Shown: positions 46,696 through 55,567 of the stretch, piece by piece
Layout of the letters: the number at the start of each line of letters is the position of its first letter
How positions within the stretch are numbered: the stretch's first letter is position 1
Source: a virus
IMG/VR virus record: IMGVR_UViG_3300009605_004544
Location: 1-64,000 of that record
Length of the DNA: 64,000 nt
Reading direction: 5' to 3' (one strand)
The notes under the pieces: generated by a model
Told to the model about the DNA's origin: nothing
The model's input: only the letters and a program-made list of their open reading frames with translations
The model's database searches: none
Position numbers and translations under genes: made by a program

Positions 46696-48146
46696 TACTG
46701 TCGGATGCGCCTGCTGAACGAGCGATACTCGCTGGAATTTGCCGATACGGCTCAGAGGCTTACTATGATGTTGTGGATCTAATTGATCCGAATAGTTTTA
46801 CTATTGATTCAAACTCTATGATATATACTTGCCTTAAGCATATCATGGATAAAGACAGTGGCATTTCTATAGATCTGCCAACCATTCTGTCTTCAGCAAA
46901 AGAGATAGGGCTGCATGACCTCGTTTCTGACAAACAGGAAGTGCAACATCTATCTGCTATTATGAAATTCCCGGTACTCTTGGACAATGTTCGCAAGATG
47001 GCAGCCAAGGTTCGGAAGCTCCAGATAGCTCGGATGATGCATGATCAACTGGAAGCCACGAAGGAAAAATATTCTGGAGTAACGGGCAATGAACCCATAT
47101 CGCAGATACTGGGCATTGCTGAAGAATCTATTTTTGATTTTACATCACTGATCAATGACAATGATGACGCTCCTCAAAAAGTTTTTATTGACGTTGAAGA
47201 CAGACTTGATGATCTCGCTGAAAGCCCTCTCGACCAAGTGGGGATTCCTACAGGATTCGACAGGTATGATTTTGCTATCGGGGGCGGTTTACGGCGTGGA
47301 ACCGTGAATGTAGTAGGGGCTAGGCCTAAAGTTGGTAAGACCCTCTTTGCCGAGAATGCTGGTGTTTACATAGCCCGCACTCTTGGTATCCCAGTGCTAA
47401 ACTTAGACACTGAAATGATGAGAAAAGACCATCAGGATCGCGGAATGGCAATGCTTACTGAGATCTCAATCAACGATATCGAAACTGGCAAGTTTGCTTC
47501 TAACAGTTATAAAAACCAAAAGATACGCGAGTCTGCTAAGGCTGTCAAGGACATCCCCTATTACCATAAATCTATTGGAGGAAAACCATTTGAGGACCAG
47601 CTATCCATTATGCGAAGGTGGATTGCTAAAGAAGTAGGCATTAATAACGAGGGTAGGGCAAACGACTGCGTAGTTATTTATGACTATTTAAAAATCATGG
47701 AGTCATCAGATATCAAAGGAGACATGAAGGAATATCAGCTACTGGGCTTCCTGATGACATCCTTGCATAACTTCGCCATCAGATACGAAGTTCCGATTCT
47801 AGCCTTTGTGCAGCTTAACAGGGATGGTATTAACAAAGAGTCTACCGATACCGCTAGCGGCTCGGATAGGATTATCTGGCTGTGCTCTAATTTTAGTATT
47901 TATAAAGCCAAGTCTGACGAAGAGGTCGCGAAAGATGGCCCTGAAAATGGTAATCGCAAGTTAGTCCCGGTCATTGCAAGACATGGGGAAGGTCTAGCTG
48001 ATAAAGACTATATTAACATTAACATGATCGGTAAATACGGAAAGATAGTAGAGGGCAAAACTGCCTTTGAGCTAGAAGATGGCACCGATTTTGTAGAAGA
48101 CGAGGGTCAATTGGAAAATGACAATGACGACATACCCTTCGCGTGA
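46692..48146 (+). CDS. dnaB: Replicative helicase DnaB
   Basis: AERAIL, GIPTGF..D...GG, GARPKVGKT, EM, DYL, QLNR, SD.I; no intein. Confidence 0.93.
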   Translation: MILSDAPAERAILAGICRYGSEAYYDVVDLIDPNSFTIDSNSMIYTCLKHIMDKDSGISIDLPTILSSAKEIGLHDLVSDKQEVQHLSAIMKFPVLLDNVRKMAAKVRKLQIARMMHDQLEATKEKYSGVTGNEPISQILGIAEESIFDFTSLINDNDDAPQKVFIDVEDRLDDLAESPLDQVGIPTGFDRYDFAIGGGLRRGTVNVVGARPKVGKTLFAENAGVYIARTLGIPVLNLDTEMMRKDHQDRGMAMLTEISINDIETGKFASNSYKNQKIRESAKAVKDIPYYHKSIGGKPFEDQLSIMRRWIAKEVGINNEGRANDCVVIYDYLKIMESSDIKGDMKEYQLLGFLMTSLHNFAIRYEVPILAFVQLNRDGINKESTDTASGSDRIIWLCSNFSIYKAKSDEEVAKDGPENGNRKLVPVIARHGEGLADKDYININMIGKYGKIVEGKTAFELEDGTDFVEDEGQLENDNDDIPFA

Positions 48147-49284
48147 GTCTCACAAATACAACGATCAGGCAAAACTAAACGCCCTGACCGCGCTGGCGGT
48201 GCAAAATATAGAGAGGATATACGGCTATTTTGGAACAGAGATCTCTTACAGGAATGACATACTGATTAAGTCTTCCTGCTTTACTCACGGGGGCGACAAT
48301 CCAACCGCGCTAAACCTTTACTATAACGGAGACATTCGTGTTCACTACAAATGCAGAACCCATCAGTGTGAAGACCTTTTTGGCTCTTCGTTGATTAGCC
48401 TTGTAAGAGGAGGTCTTTCTAGAACACGATATAAGTGGAAAATTAATGGAGATAGAGAAGCCACGTTTAACGAGACTGTAGATTTCCTTTTAAAGATTAC
48501 TGATCAAAATTTTGATAGCTTAAGTTCAGAACACACTAGTATTGATGGAGATAAGTTACAGTTTTCTTCTTTAATTAATGGCTTTATGATGCCTGAAAAT
48601 GCCCTAACTGGTATCCGCAGGGATTTTTATAGAAGCAAAGTAGAAATACCATCATCATATTATTTGCAAAGAGGATACTCCATTGAGGTTCTTGACAAGT
48701 ACGATGTTGGAACGTGCAAAAGGCCTAGGAAGGCTCTTTACCAAAGGGCGGTTGCTCCTGTCTACGACGATTCCGGCGATATTATTTTGGGGTTCACGGG
48801 AAGGAGCATCTTCTCAGAATGTTCTAAGTGCAAACATTATCACGATCCCGATAAGGAGTGTCATTTTTTCCCCAAATGGAAGCATACCGCTGGGTTCCAG
48901 AAGGAAAACTGCTTGTATAATTACTGGTACGCTAAGGAATCTATCCTAGAAAGCGGAGTGGTTGTTTTGGTAGAATCTCCGGGCAATGTTTGGCGATTAG
49001 AGGAGGCGGGAATACATAATTCAGTGGCAATCTTTGGGGCGCATTTAAGCCAGAGCCAAAAAAAGATTATTGACTCGTCGGGAGCGCTCTCCATAGTTTG
49101 CCTGTTGGACAATGACGAGGCCGGATTAAGCGGCACGAAAAAGATTCATGAACAATGTTCAAAAATGTATCGTTTATATTTCCCAGAACTAGACGTAAAC
49201 GATATTGGGGATATGAGTGTAGATACAGTGACTAGCGATATTAAACCTTTAATATGTAAGATAGGAGATGTTTACAATGGTTGA
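48118..49284 (+). CDS. dnaG: DnaG-like primase
   Basis: C..HGGDN...C...C Zn domain, YL.RG, GFTGR, LYN, TOPRIM VES, DNDEAG, D.GD. Confidence 0.87.
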   Translation: MTMTTYPSRESHKYNDQAKLNALTALAVQNIERIYGYFGTEISYRNDILIKSSCFTHGGDNPTALNLYYNGDIRVHYKCRTHQCEDLFGSSLISLVRGGLSRTRYKWKINGDREATFNETVDFLLKITDQNFDSLSSEHTSIDGDKLQFSSLINGFMMPENALTGIRRDFYRSKVEIPSSYYLQRGYSIEVLDKYDVGTCKRPRKALYQRAVAPVYDDSGDIILGFTGRSIFSECSKCKHYHDPDKECHFFPKWKHTAGFQKENCLYNYWYAKESILESGVVVLVESPGNVWRLEEAGIHNSVAIFGAHLSQSQKKIIDSSGALSIVCLLDNDEAGLSGTKKIHEQCSKMYRLYFPELDVNDIGDMSVDTVTSDIKPLICKIGDVYNG

Positions 49285-49585
49285 AAATTTTGAAATGGGC
49301 GGTTCTGATAGTCCTGCTGGTGCAGGGGCCTATCCCTCTAGCGAAGCAGCTTCGGCTCCTGCTCCTGCTTCTCCCCCCACCAGCGCTCAATTAATTTTGC
49401 GAGCGGTGGAGGCACATTTTATGGCTCAAAGATCGCGAGCGGTCGCGAATCTTAATAATTATTTGACGAGTTCCGCTGGGGTTGGGGAGCATCCCGATGT
49501 GGTTGAGGAATGTATCAAGCTCGTAGATGACATAGAACACGCCGAAAGTTCATTGGCCACTTTGAATAGGGTTATTTCTTCATGA
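49277..49585 (+). CDS. Phage hypothetical protein
   Basis: AGGAG RBS; GVGEH.D..EE motif. Confidence 0.7.
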   Translation: MVENFEMGGSDSPAGAGAYPSSEAASAPAPASPPTSAQLILRAVEAHFMAQRSRAVANLNNYLTSSAGVGEHPDVVEECIKLVDDIEHAESSLATLNRVISS

Positions 49586-50331
49586 CGCAAATTATTGGAT
49601 TCGCAGGCAAAAAACAAGCTGGCAAAGACACTGCTTGCAATTTTGTTCTAGCTGCCAAAATTGCCGAGCTTGGAGTAAGCAGGTCTACTCGCCTAACCGA
49701 TGAGGGCGAAATAGAAGTTAGCGACATTCTAGATGATTCTGTTTCTGGTGAAGAATGGATTCCGTTCAAGCCCCCCTATGTTGATGTTCAAAATCTTTTC
49801 GATAACGAGCTTGGCAAGTTTATTAAGATATACTCTTTTGCTGAGAAATTGAAACGAATGTCTATAGATATTCTGGGGTTAAAAGAAGAGTGGGTGTTCG
49901 GAACTGATGAACAAAAAAATACTCTCACAAGCTTTAAATGGGAAAGGTTTTCACAAGATAAAAAAGGGTCCATGACCGCAAGGGAAGTCTTACAACATGT
50001 AGGCACCGACATGTTTCGTTCTATATATGAAAATGTATGGGTCGATTCATGCTTGAAGCAAATAGAAGAAGACGGTCCCGAATTAGCCTTGGTTTCAGAT
50101 GCAAGATTCAAGAACGAAGTACTGTCCATCCAAGATAGCGGAGGGTTTGTAGTAGGACTAACAAGGAGTCCTTACAAGAAAGTAGATAGGCACGCTAGCG
50201 AAACTGAAGTTGAAGAATGCTTTGACATCTGTGATGTCATCGTAGACAACAGCGACCTCTCCATACCAGAGCAAAATAAAGAGATATATTTAGCTATCAA
50301 GCATTTAGATAATATTCCTCACATTTTATAG
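49582..50331 (+). CDS. Deoxynucleoside monophosphate kinase
   Basis: IIGFAGKKQAGKDT, SFAE.LK, TAREVLQ.VGT, DARF.NE, HASE. Confidence 0.88.
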   Translation: MTQIIGFAGKKQAGKDTACNFVLAAKIAELGVSRSTRLTDEGEIEVSDILDDSVSGEEWIPFKPPYVDVQNLFDNELGKFIKIYSFAEKLKRMSIDILGLKEEWVFGTDEQKNTLTSFKWERFSQDKKGSMTAREVLQHVGTDMFRSIYENVWVDSCLKQIEEDGPELALVSDARFKNEVLSIQDSGGFVVGLTRSPYKKVDRHASETEVEECFDICDVIVDNSDLSIPEQNKEIYLAIKHLDNIPHIL

Positions 50332-50340
50332 GAGGCTTCC

Positions 50341-50751
50341 ATGCCGCAACCAGATTCGTCCAACACATTAATTGTAGATTGTGATGGTGTAATTGCAGAC
50401 AAAAATAATGGAGGAGACTATGCTAAAGCCGGGCCGCTTCAGCACGGCATCGATCAAGTTAACAGGCTCTACGATATGGGCTACACAATTGTTCTATACA
50501 CTGCCAGATATGGAGACCGGGAAAAGGGCAATATTCACTTGCAGTACGGGAGGGGCTATAAGGAGTGGACAGAATGGCTTGAGGAACATGGTGTAAAATA
50601 TCATCATGCGTATATGGGGAAGCCTGCGGGAGTTATCTATATAGACGATAAGGCCGCTCGGGTAAGAGGAGACAGCGAGGAGGGGTGGTCACAAGTGTGG
50701 GAAGAGGTAGACAACTTAAAGGGAAAAGACCGATATGGTAATCTCATATGA
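50341..50751 (+). CDS. HAD-superfamily phosphatase
   Basis: DCDGV, YTAR, GKP, YIDDK. Confidence 0.85.
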   Translation: MPQPDSSNTLIVDCDGVIADKNNGGDYAKAGPLQHGIDQVNRLYDMGYTIVLYTARYGDREKGNIHLQYGRGYKEWTEWLEEHGVKYHHAYMGKPAGVIYIDDKAARVRGDSEEGWSQVWEEVDNLKGKDRYGNLI

Positions 50752-51818
50752 TTCCCATAGTCTATTTCAGGTCGTCGTCTTTTAATTGCCATCGGTTTTG
50801 TCCGATGCAATACTACATGGAGTACACGCTGGGATGGAGGGGAGACTCTGGCAAAAAGGCTGACAAGGGAACCATTGTCCACAAAGCTCTGGAGATTGCC
50901 GCTGTTTGCAAAAAAGGCCTGCAAGATGGCAAAAAGATTATTGTAGATCCTCAAATTGGGAGAGTCAGTACCTGTAATTACGAAAGAAAATACCTGAACA
51001 GGGTGATCTCAAGGGTTTACGAATACTACACTAGCAGAATCCCCCACCATCCGTGGACAGATAAAGACGCCAAAGATTGCGAAAAATGGGTCTGGAAGGC
51101 TCTTGAATATAATGATGGGATGTTTGATCCCCGTAATAGAGACGTGGTGGCTGCGGAGCCACGTTTCGATTTTTATATTGAAGAAGATTGGGCTAAATAT
51201 TCTTATGACATGCAAGAGGAAAAGCTGGAAGGCCAATTGGCCATGAAGGGAACCATCGACCTTGTAACCGATCTAGGTGATGGCGTATATGAAGTAATAG
51301 ATTGGAAAACTGGAAGGCGGTTGGACTGGGCTACAGGAAAGAAGAAAACACAGCACAACCTCTTTGATGATGCTCAGTTGAGAATATATCATTATGCTGT
51401 CAAGCACATGTTCCCCGAGGTTTCTTCTTTTTTGATTACGATATATTTCATCAATGATGGAGGAGCGTTCACTTTACATTTCCAAGATAAAGACCTTAAA
51501 GATACGGAAGAGATGCTTAAGGCTAAATTTGAATTCATCAAGAATACAGACGATCCCAAAATCATTAGACAATTGGACCCTCCTCAGTCATGGAAATGTT
51601 CAAAGCTGTGTCATCAAGGAAAGACAACATTTGAAGATACCTCTATTGAGCCGCTTATAGAACGTCGCACGGGACAAAGAACGCGACATGGAGAAGTCAT
51701 GACCAAGTGCGAGCAGGCGAGATATATGGTCAAAAAATATGGTATCGATTGGGTTACTGATAATCTCGCTCATCCCGATCATCAAATAGGCTTGTATCAA
51801 CCTCCCGGTGAGGTCTAA
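50748..51818 (+). CDS. Cas4/AddB-like PD-(D/E)XK exonuclease
   Basis: FCP.QY, GTIVH, GTIDL, IDWKTG, QL.IY, C-terminal CSKLC. Confidence 0.85.
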   Translation: MIPIVYFRSSSFNCHRFCPMQYYMEYTLGWRGDSGKKADKGTIVHKALEIAAVCKKGLQDGKKIIVDPQIGRVSTCNYERKYLNRVISRVYEYYTSRIPHHPWTDKDAKDCEKWVWKALEYNDGMFDPRNRDVVAAEPRFDFYIEEDWAKYSYDMQEEKLEGQLAMKGTIDLVTDLGDGVYEVIDWKTGRRLDWATGKKKTQHNLFDDAQLRIYHYAVKHMFPEVSSFLITIYFINDGGAFTLHFQDKDLKDTEEMLKAKFEFIKNTDDPKIIRQLDPPQSWKCSKLCHQGKTTFEDTSIEPLIERRTGQRTRHGEVMTKCEQARYMVKKYGIDWVTDNLAHPDHQIGLYQPPGEV

Positions 51819-51828
51819 GGAGTATATA

Positions 51829-52395
51829 ATGTCAACAGAGAAACGCATGGACGACCTCAATAAGCTGTCGGACATCTTGAATGAATTTCTAGACGAAGAC
51901 CAAGCGAGGGAATTCACATCTAAAATAGAGCAGGAAGTTGCCCAAAAGACGGATGACAAGACGCTACGGGCACTATTAGAAACTTTAAGTTCGCTTTACA
52001 CTGTCAAACCGAGCAGAAAGGAACACCTCAAGAAAGTCGTCCTTACTTTACTAGTTGCCTTTCACATGTCTGTGATAGTTATTAACCTCGTGGCATTCTT
52101 CATCCTACCATTTCTGTACCCTCTGCTGGTATGGATGCCTCTTAATAGCTTCATCCTGACTGTCACGTTTACTAGAGAAATCTGCCCTTTAACCCGGCTT
52201 GAAAATTACATGAGAACGTCAATGGGAATGCCAAGAATAGGGGGGTTCATAGGGCACTATTTTGTCAGGCCCACTAAAAGAGCATATAGGACTTACAAGA
52301 TAGGACTTGGACTCTCAGGCAAAAAAGGAAAATCAAATGATAGAAGTCAAGATAACCCAGAAGATGAAAAAAAGAGCTTGGACCAAAGCCCGTGA
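51829..52395 (+). CDS. DUF2784-like membrane protein
   Basis: H in TM; CPLT.LEN..R...G....GFI.HY. Confidence 0.75.
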   Translation: MSTEKRMDDLNKLSDILNEFLDEDQAREFTSKIEQEVAQKTDDKTLRALLETLSSLYTVKPSRKEHLKKVVLTLLVAFHMSVIVINLVAFFILPFLYPLLVWMPLNSFILTVTFTREICPLTRLENYMRTSMGMPRIGGFIGHYFVRPTKRAYRTYKIGLGLSGKKGKSNDRSQDNPEDEKKSLDQSP

Positions 52396-52840
52396 GATGG
52401 GGGTCATTAAAAACTCCATTCTCAGCGGTGCTGGGAATATAGCAGGATTTCTTGGGGAAGAAGTTGCCAATTCTTTGATCAAGGGAGAGATCAGCAATAC
52501 ATATGATTATGATATCGTGCATAATGCAAAGACTCAAGAGCTTAAATACGATGTAAAAACTAAAAGATGCACGTCTATCCCGAAACCCTACTACGAATGC
52601 TCAATTGCGGCGTATAATACCAAGCAGGCATGTGACAGGTATGCTTTTGTTCGCATAGAATGGGTCCACGGCAAATGGGGGAGGGCTTGGGTTTTGGGAT
52701 GGCTAGACAATAAAGAATATTTCGAGAAGGCTCAGCGGCTTAACAAGGGGGACATTGACCCCTCTAACGGTTATGTAGTCAAGGCAGACTGCTACAATGT
52801 GAGCATCTCGGAATTGAGAGACTTTAGGAGAAGGAAATGA
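52337..52840 (+). CDS. Restriction endonuclease-like (PD-(D/E)XK) protein
   Basis: G.LGE, YDYD, DVKTK, D.Y.F. Confidence 0.65.
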   Translation: MIEVKITQKMKKRAWTKAREMGVIKNSILSGAGNIAGFLGEEVANSLIKGEISNTYDYDIVHNAKTQELKYDVKTKRCTSIPKPYYECSIAAYNTKQACDRYAFVRIEWVHGKWGRAWVLGWLDNKEYFEKAQRLNKGDIDPSNGYVVKADCYNVSISELRDFRRRK

Positions 52841-54699
52841 CATACGTTCCGCTGCACGTCCATTCTGAATATAGCTTGCTGGACGGGCTTTCACAAACGT
52901 CACAGATATCTAGAAGATTAGAAGATATAGAAACAGATACCTGCGTCCTTACTGATCACGGAACTGTTTCTGGGGCCGTTGACTTTTCCAAAACGCTTAG
53001 GAATGCATCTCAGAAACCAATTTTGGGATGTGAATTCTACTTATGCATGGGCGATGCCTCCGAACAGTCTCCAGAAAATAGAGACCTTGTTCACCAAGTG
53101 GTTATAGCGAAAAATTTACAGGGATGGAAAGATCTACTTCGGCTAGTATCCCAATCAAATAGAACTGATCAATTTTACTATAAGCCTCGTATTGATTTCG
53201 ATCAATTAAAAGCAGTTGCCGCAAATGGCAATCTGATTTCATTTAGCGGTCACTTGGGTTCTTACTTAGGCAATGCCGCACTAGAAAATTCTGATGACCG
53301 TTTTCTTTCCAACGCGGCTTTAAAATTACAGGATATGTTTGGAAGGGGGAATTTCTTTATTGAAATACAACTGATAGACTCTCAAAATAATGAAGGTGCC
53401 AGAATTGCCGCTGAAAGATTGCGAGAGATTGCCGTGCAGACAGGCATCCCCCCCGTAGCAACCCCAGACGCTCATTACCCTACCAGAGAGGCCGCAGAAG
53501 ACCAGAGGGTGCTCCTCTGCACGTCTTTAAAAAAGACCATAGGCCAAGTCCACAGGGAATTAAAAGAGGGAAAGTCTCGTTCGCTTAAGTCATTTTTTTC
53601 CTCTGACAATTATCATATTCCCTCTTACGAAGAGATGAGTCAGTTTCATACTGAAGAAGAATTGCAAAACACAATAGTGATTGCCAATATGTGTGAGTCT
53701 TATGATATTCTAGGAGCACCAAACCCCCCTACGTTTTCGTGTCCAGCAAATTACGAAGCTCAAAGCTATTTGAGACATCTGTGTAAAATTGGATGGTCTC
53801 AAAAAATGCAGCACATCGAAAAGAACGGCGCTGATTTTAACAGGTACGGAGATCGGGTCCAGAAGGAGCTTCAAGTTTTTGAGGAGGCTGGCCTGTCAGG
53901 ATACTTTTTAATCGTGCAGGACATTTTACAATTTTGCAGGAAGGAAGGCTACTTAACAGGCCCCGGCAGAGGGAGTGCCGCAGGCTGCATGGTGTCGTAC
54001 CTTATTGGCATTACACAGATAGACCCTTTGCGACACAATTTGGTTTTCGAAAGATTTTACAACGCAGGAAGAAATACTTCGGGAAGAATATCAATGCCTG
54101 ACATTGATATAGATGTTCCCAAGGTTGCTAGGGAAAAAGTGATTAGCTACATGAAGCAAAAATATGGAAAAGACAACGTAGCACAAATCGTTACCTACCA
54201 AACCTTGCAAGGGCGATCTGGACTCAAAAGAGTGATGCAAGCTAGGGGGAATATATCCTTTGCTGAACAAAACGACATTACTAAGCACATCATGGATGAG
54301 TCCAAAATTGCCGACGAACTTCAAGACATGAAAGAGGAGCTTGGCGAATCATCGCTTACCTTGTGGGCATTAAAAAATAGAAAGCAGCAGCTTAAAGACT
54401 GGTGTGAAATAGGCGAGGATGGTAAGCTAGAAGGTAAAATGTCTCGTATCTTTGAGCAAGCTATCAGACTAGAGGGGACTAAAATTATTCAATCCAAGCA
54501 TGCTGCGGGGGTGGTAGTTTCACCATCTTCGATTTCAGAAACGTGCCCTATGATCAAGCCTGCGAACAAAGGAGAAACGGACTTGCTGGCTGGGTTCGAG
54601 GGGCCTAGCTGTGAAGATGTCGGACTCTTAAAGCTAGATGTATTGGGGATTAGAATGTTGGACAAAATAATGGAAGTGCCGGACATACTGAGGGGATAA
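52837..54699 (+). CDS. dnaE: DNA polymerase III alpha, N-terminal part (PHP + palm/thumb)
   Basis: HVHSEYSLLDG, TDHG, DAHY, GPGRGSAAG, FERF, PDIDID, HAAGVV, KLDVLG, then stop. Confidence 0.93.
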   Translation: MTYVPLHVHSEYSLLDGLSQTSQISRRLEDIETDTCVLTDHGTVSGAVDFSKTLRNASQKPILGCEFYLCMGDASEQSPENRDLVHQVVIAKNLQGWKDLLRLVSQSNRTDQFYYKPRIDFDQLKAVAANGNLISFSGHLGSYLGNAALENSDDRFLSNAALKLQDMFGRGNFFIEIQLIDSQNNEGARIAAERLREIAVQTGIPPVATPDAHYPTREAAEDQRVLLCTSLKKTIGQVHRELKEGKSRSLKSFFSSDNYHIPSYEEMSQFHTEEELQNTIVIANMCESYDILGAPNPPTFSCPANYEAQSYLRHLCKIGWSQKMQHIEKNGADFNRYGDRVQKELQVFEEAGLSGYFLIVQDILQFCRKEGYLTGPGRGSAAGCMVSYLIGITQIDPLRHNLVFERFYNAGRNTSGRISMPDIDIDVPKVAREKVISYMKQKYGKDNVAQIVTYQTLQGRSGLKRVMQARGNISFAEQNDITKHIMDESKIADELQDMKEELGESSLTLWALKNRKQQLKDWCEIGEDGKLEGKMSRIFEQAIRLEGTKIIQSKHAAGVVVSPSSISETCPMIKPANKGETDLLAGFEGPSCEDVGLLKLDVLGIRMLDKIMEVPDILRG

Positions 54700-54701
54700 A
54701 A

Positions 54702-54884
54702 ATGACATTATGGATATACTGTCCGAGGTGTGGCAAGGCTGTTGATGAGTTTGAAGAAAGATGCGCCCACTGCGATCTTGGAGGCATATGGGAACATAAT
54801 TGGCGAATAATAAGCGAAGAGTTGGAAGATTTTATGACAACCGGAACCCCTCCCAACATGGTTCCAAGGGCAGACAACGGATAG
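54702..54884 (+). CDS. Small Zn-ribbon protein
   Basis: CPRC...CAHC; GAGGGG RBS. Confidence 0.6.
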   Translation: MTLWIYCPRCGKAVDEFEERCAHCDLGGIWEHNWRIISEELEDFMTTGTPPNMVPRADNG

Positions 54885-54892
54885 GAGACGAG

Positions 54893-55567
54893 ATGAATAA
54901 CCGGTGGATTATGGTGTTCGACTTTGAGACAGACGGGGTAGACCCAAATACTTGCAATCCCGTAGAGCTTGCGGCTATTCCTATCGATCCTCGAACTTTG
55001 GAAATTAAAGAGAAGAAAGCTTTTAGCGCTGTCATTAAGCCACCCGGATTTAATAAAGAAGAGTACTTCACAGACGACCGTCAAAAGACTATAGAATGGC
55101 ATGCGAAACAGAGGGGCGTAACTAGCGCCGACATTATCAAGTCTTGGAAGAAGGGGAAGAGCGAAAAGATAGTCTGGAAAAACTTTTGCGAATACTGCAA
55201 GAAGTTCAATATAGAAAAATCTTATGGAAACTGGTACACAGAGCCGATAGCTGCTGGGTATAACATCATCGGATTTGACTTGCCGATTTGTCAGCGGTTA
55301 GCCGACAAGCATAAGACTGGAATGCCATTTGCTAAAGTGAACAAGATGGATCTCATGGACCTCCTGTTTTATTGGTTTGAAAACCTAGGCGAGCCTAAGA
55401 ATATGAGACTTGATACAATGCGAGATTTTTTCGGAGTCCAAACAGTCCAAGCGCATGAGGCGTATTCTGACACTTTCGATACTGCAAAGCTATTGGTGCA
55501 GTTCCTTAAGTTCCATAGGCGACAGTCTAGCGTAGGCAAGTTCAAGGGAGCAATGGTTCAAAAATGA
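54893..55567 (+). CDS. DEDDh 3'-5' exonuclease (DnaQ-like)
   Basis: ExoI DFETDG, ExoII YN..GFD, ExoIII HEAYSD; AGGAG RBS. Confidence 0.87.
   Translation: MNNRWIMVFDFETDGVDPNTCNPVELAAIPIDPRTLEIKEKKAFSAVIKPPGFNKEEYFTDDRQKTIEWHAKQRGVTSADIIKSWKKGKSEKIVWKNFCEYCKKFNIEKSYGNWYTEPIAAGYNIIGFDLPICQRLADKHKTGMPFAKVNKMDLMDLLFYWFENLGEPKNMRLDTMRDFFGVQTVQAHEAYSDTFDTAKLLVQFLKFHRRQSSVGKFKGAMVQK

Noticed and set aside
49311-49385. Short CCTGCT repeats
   Set aside because: Simply encode an Ala/Pro linker
50748-51818. CRISPR-Cas locus suggested by the Cas4-like nuclease
   Set aside because: No repeat-spacer array or other cas genes seen; stand-alone Cas4-like nucleases are common in phages
54700-55563. Intron, intein or homing element interrupting dnaE
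   Set aside because: The insert encodes a Zn-ribbon and a DEDDh exonuclease with their own RBSs; no LAGLIDADG/HNH/GIY-YIG or intein motifs seen
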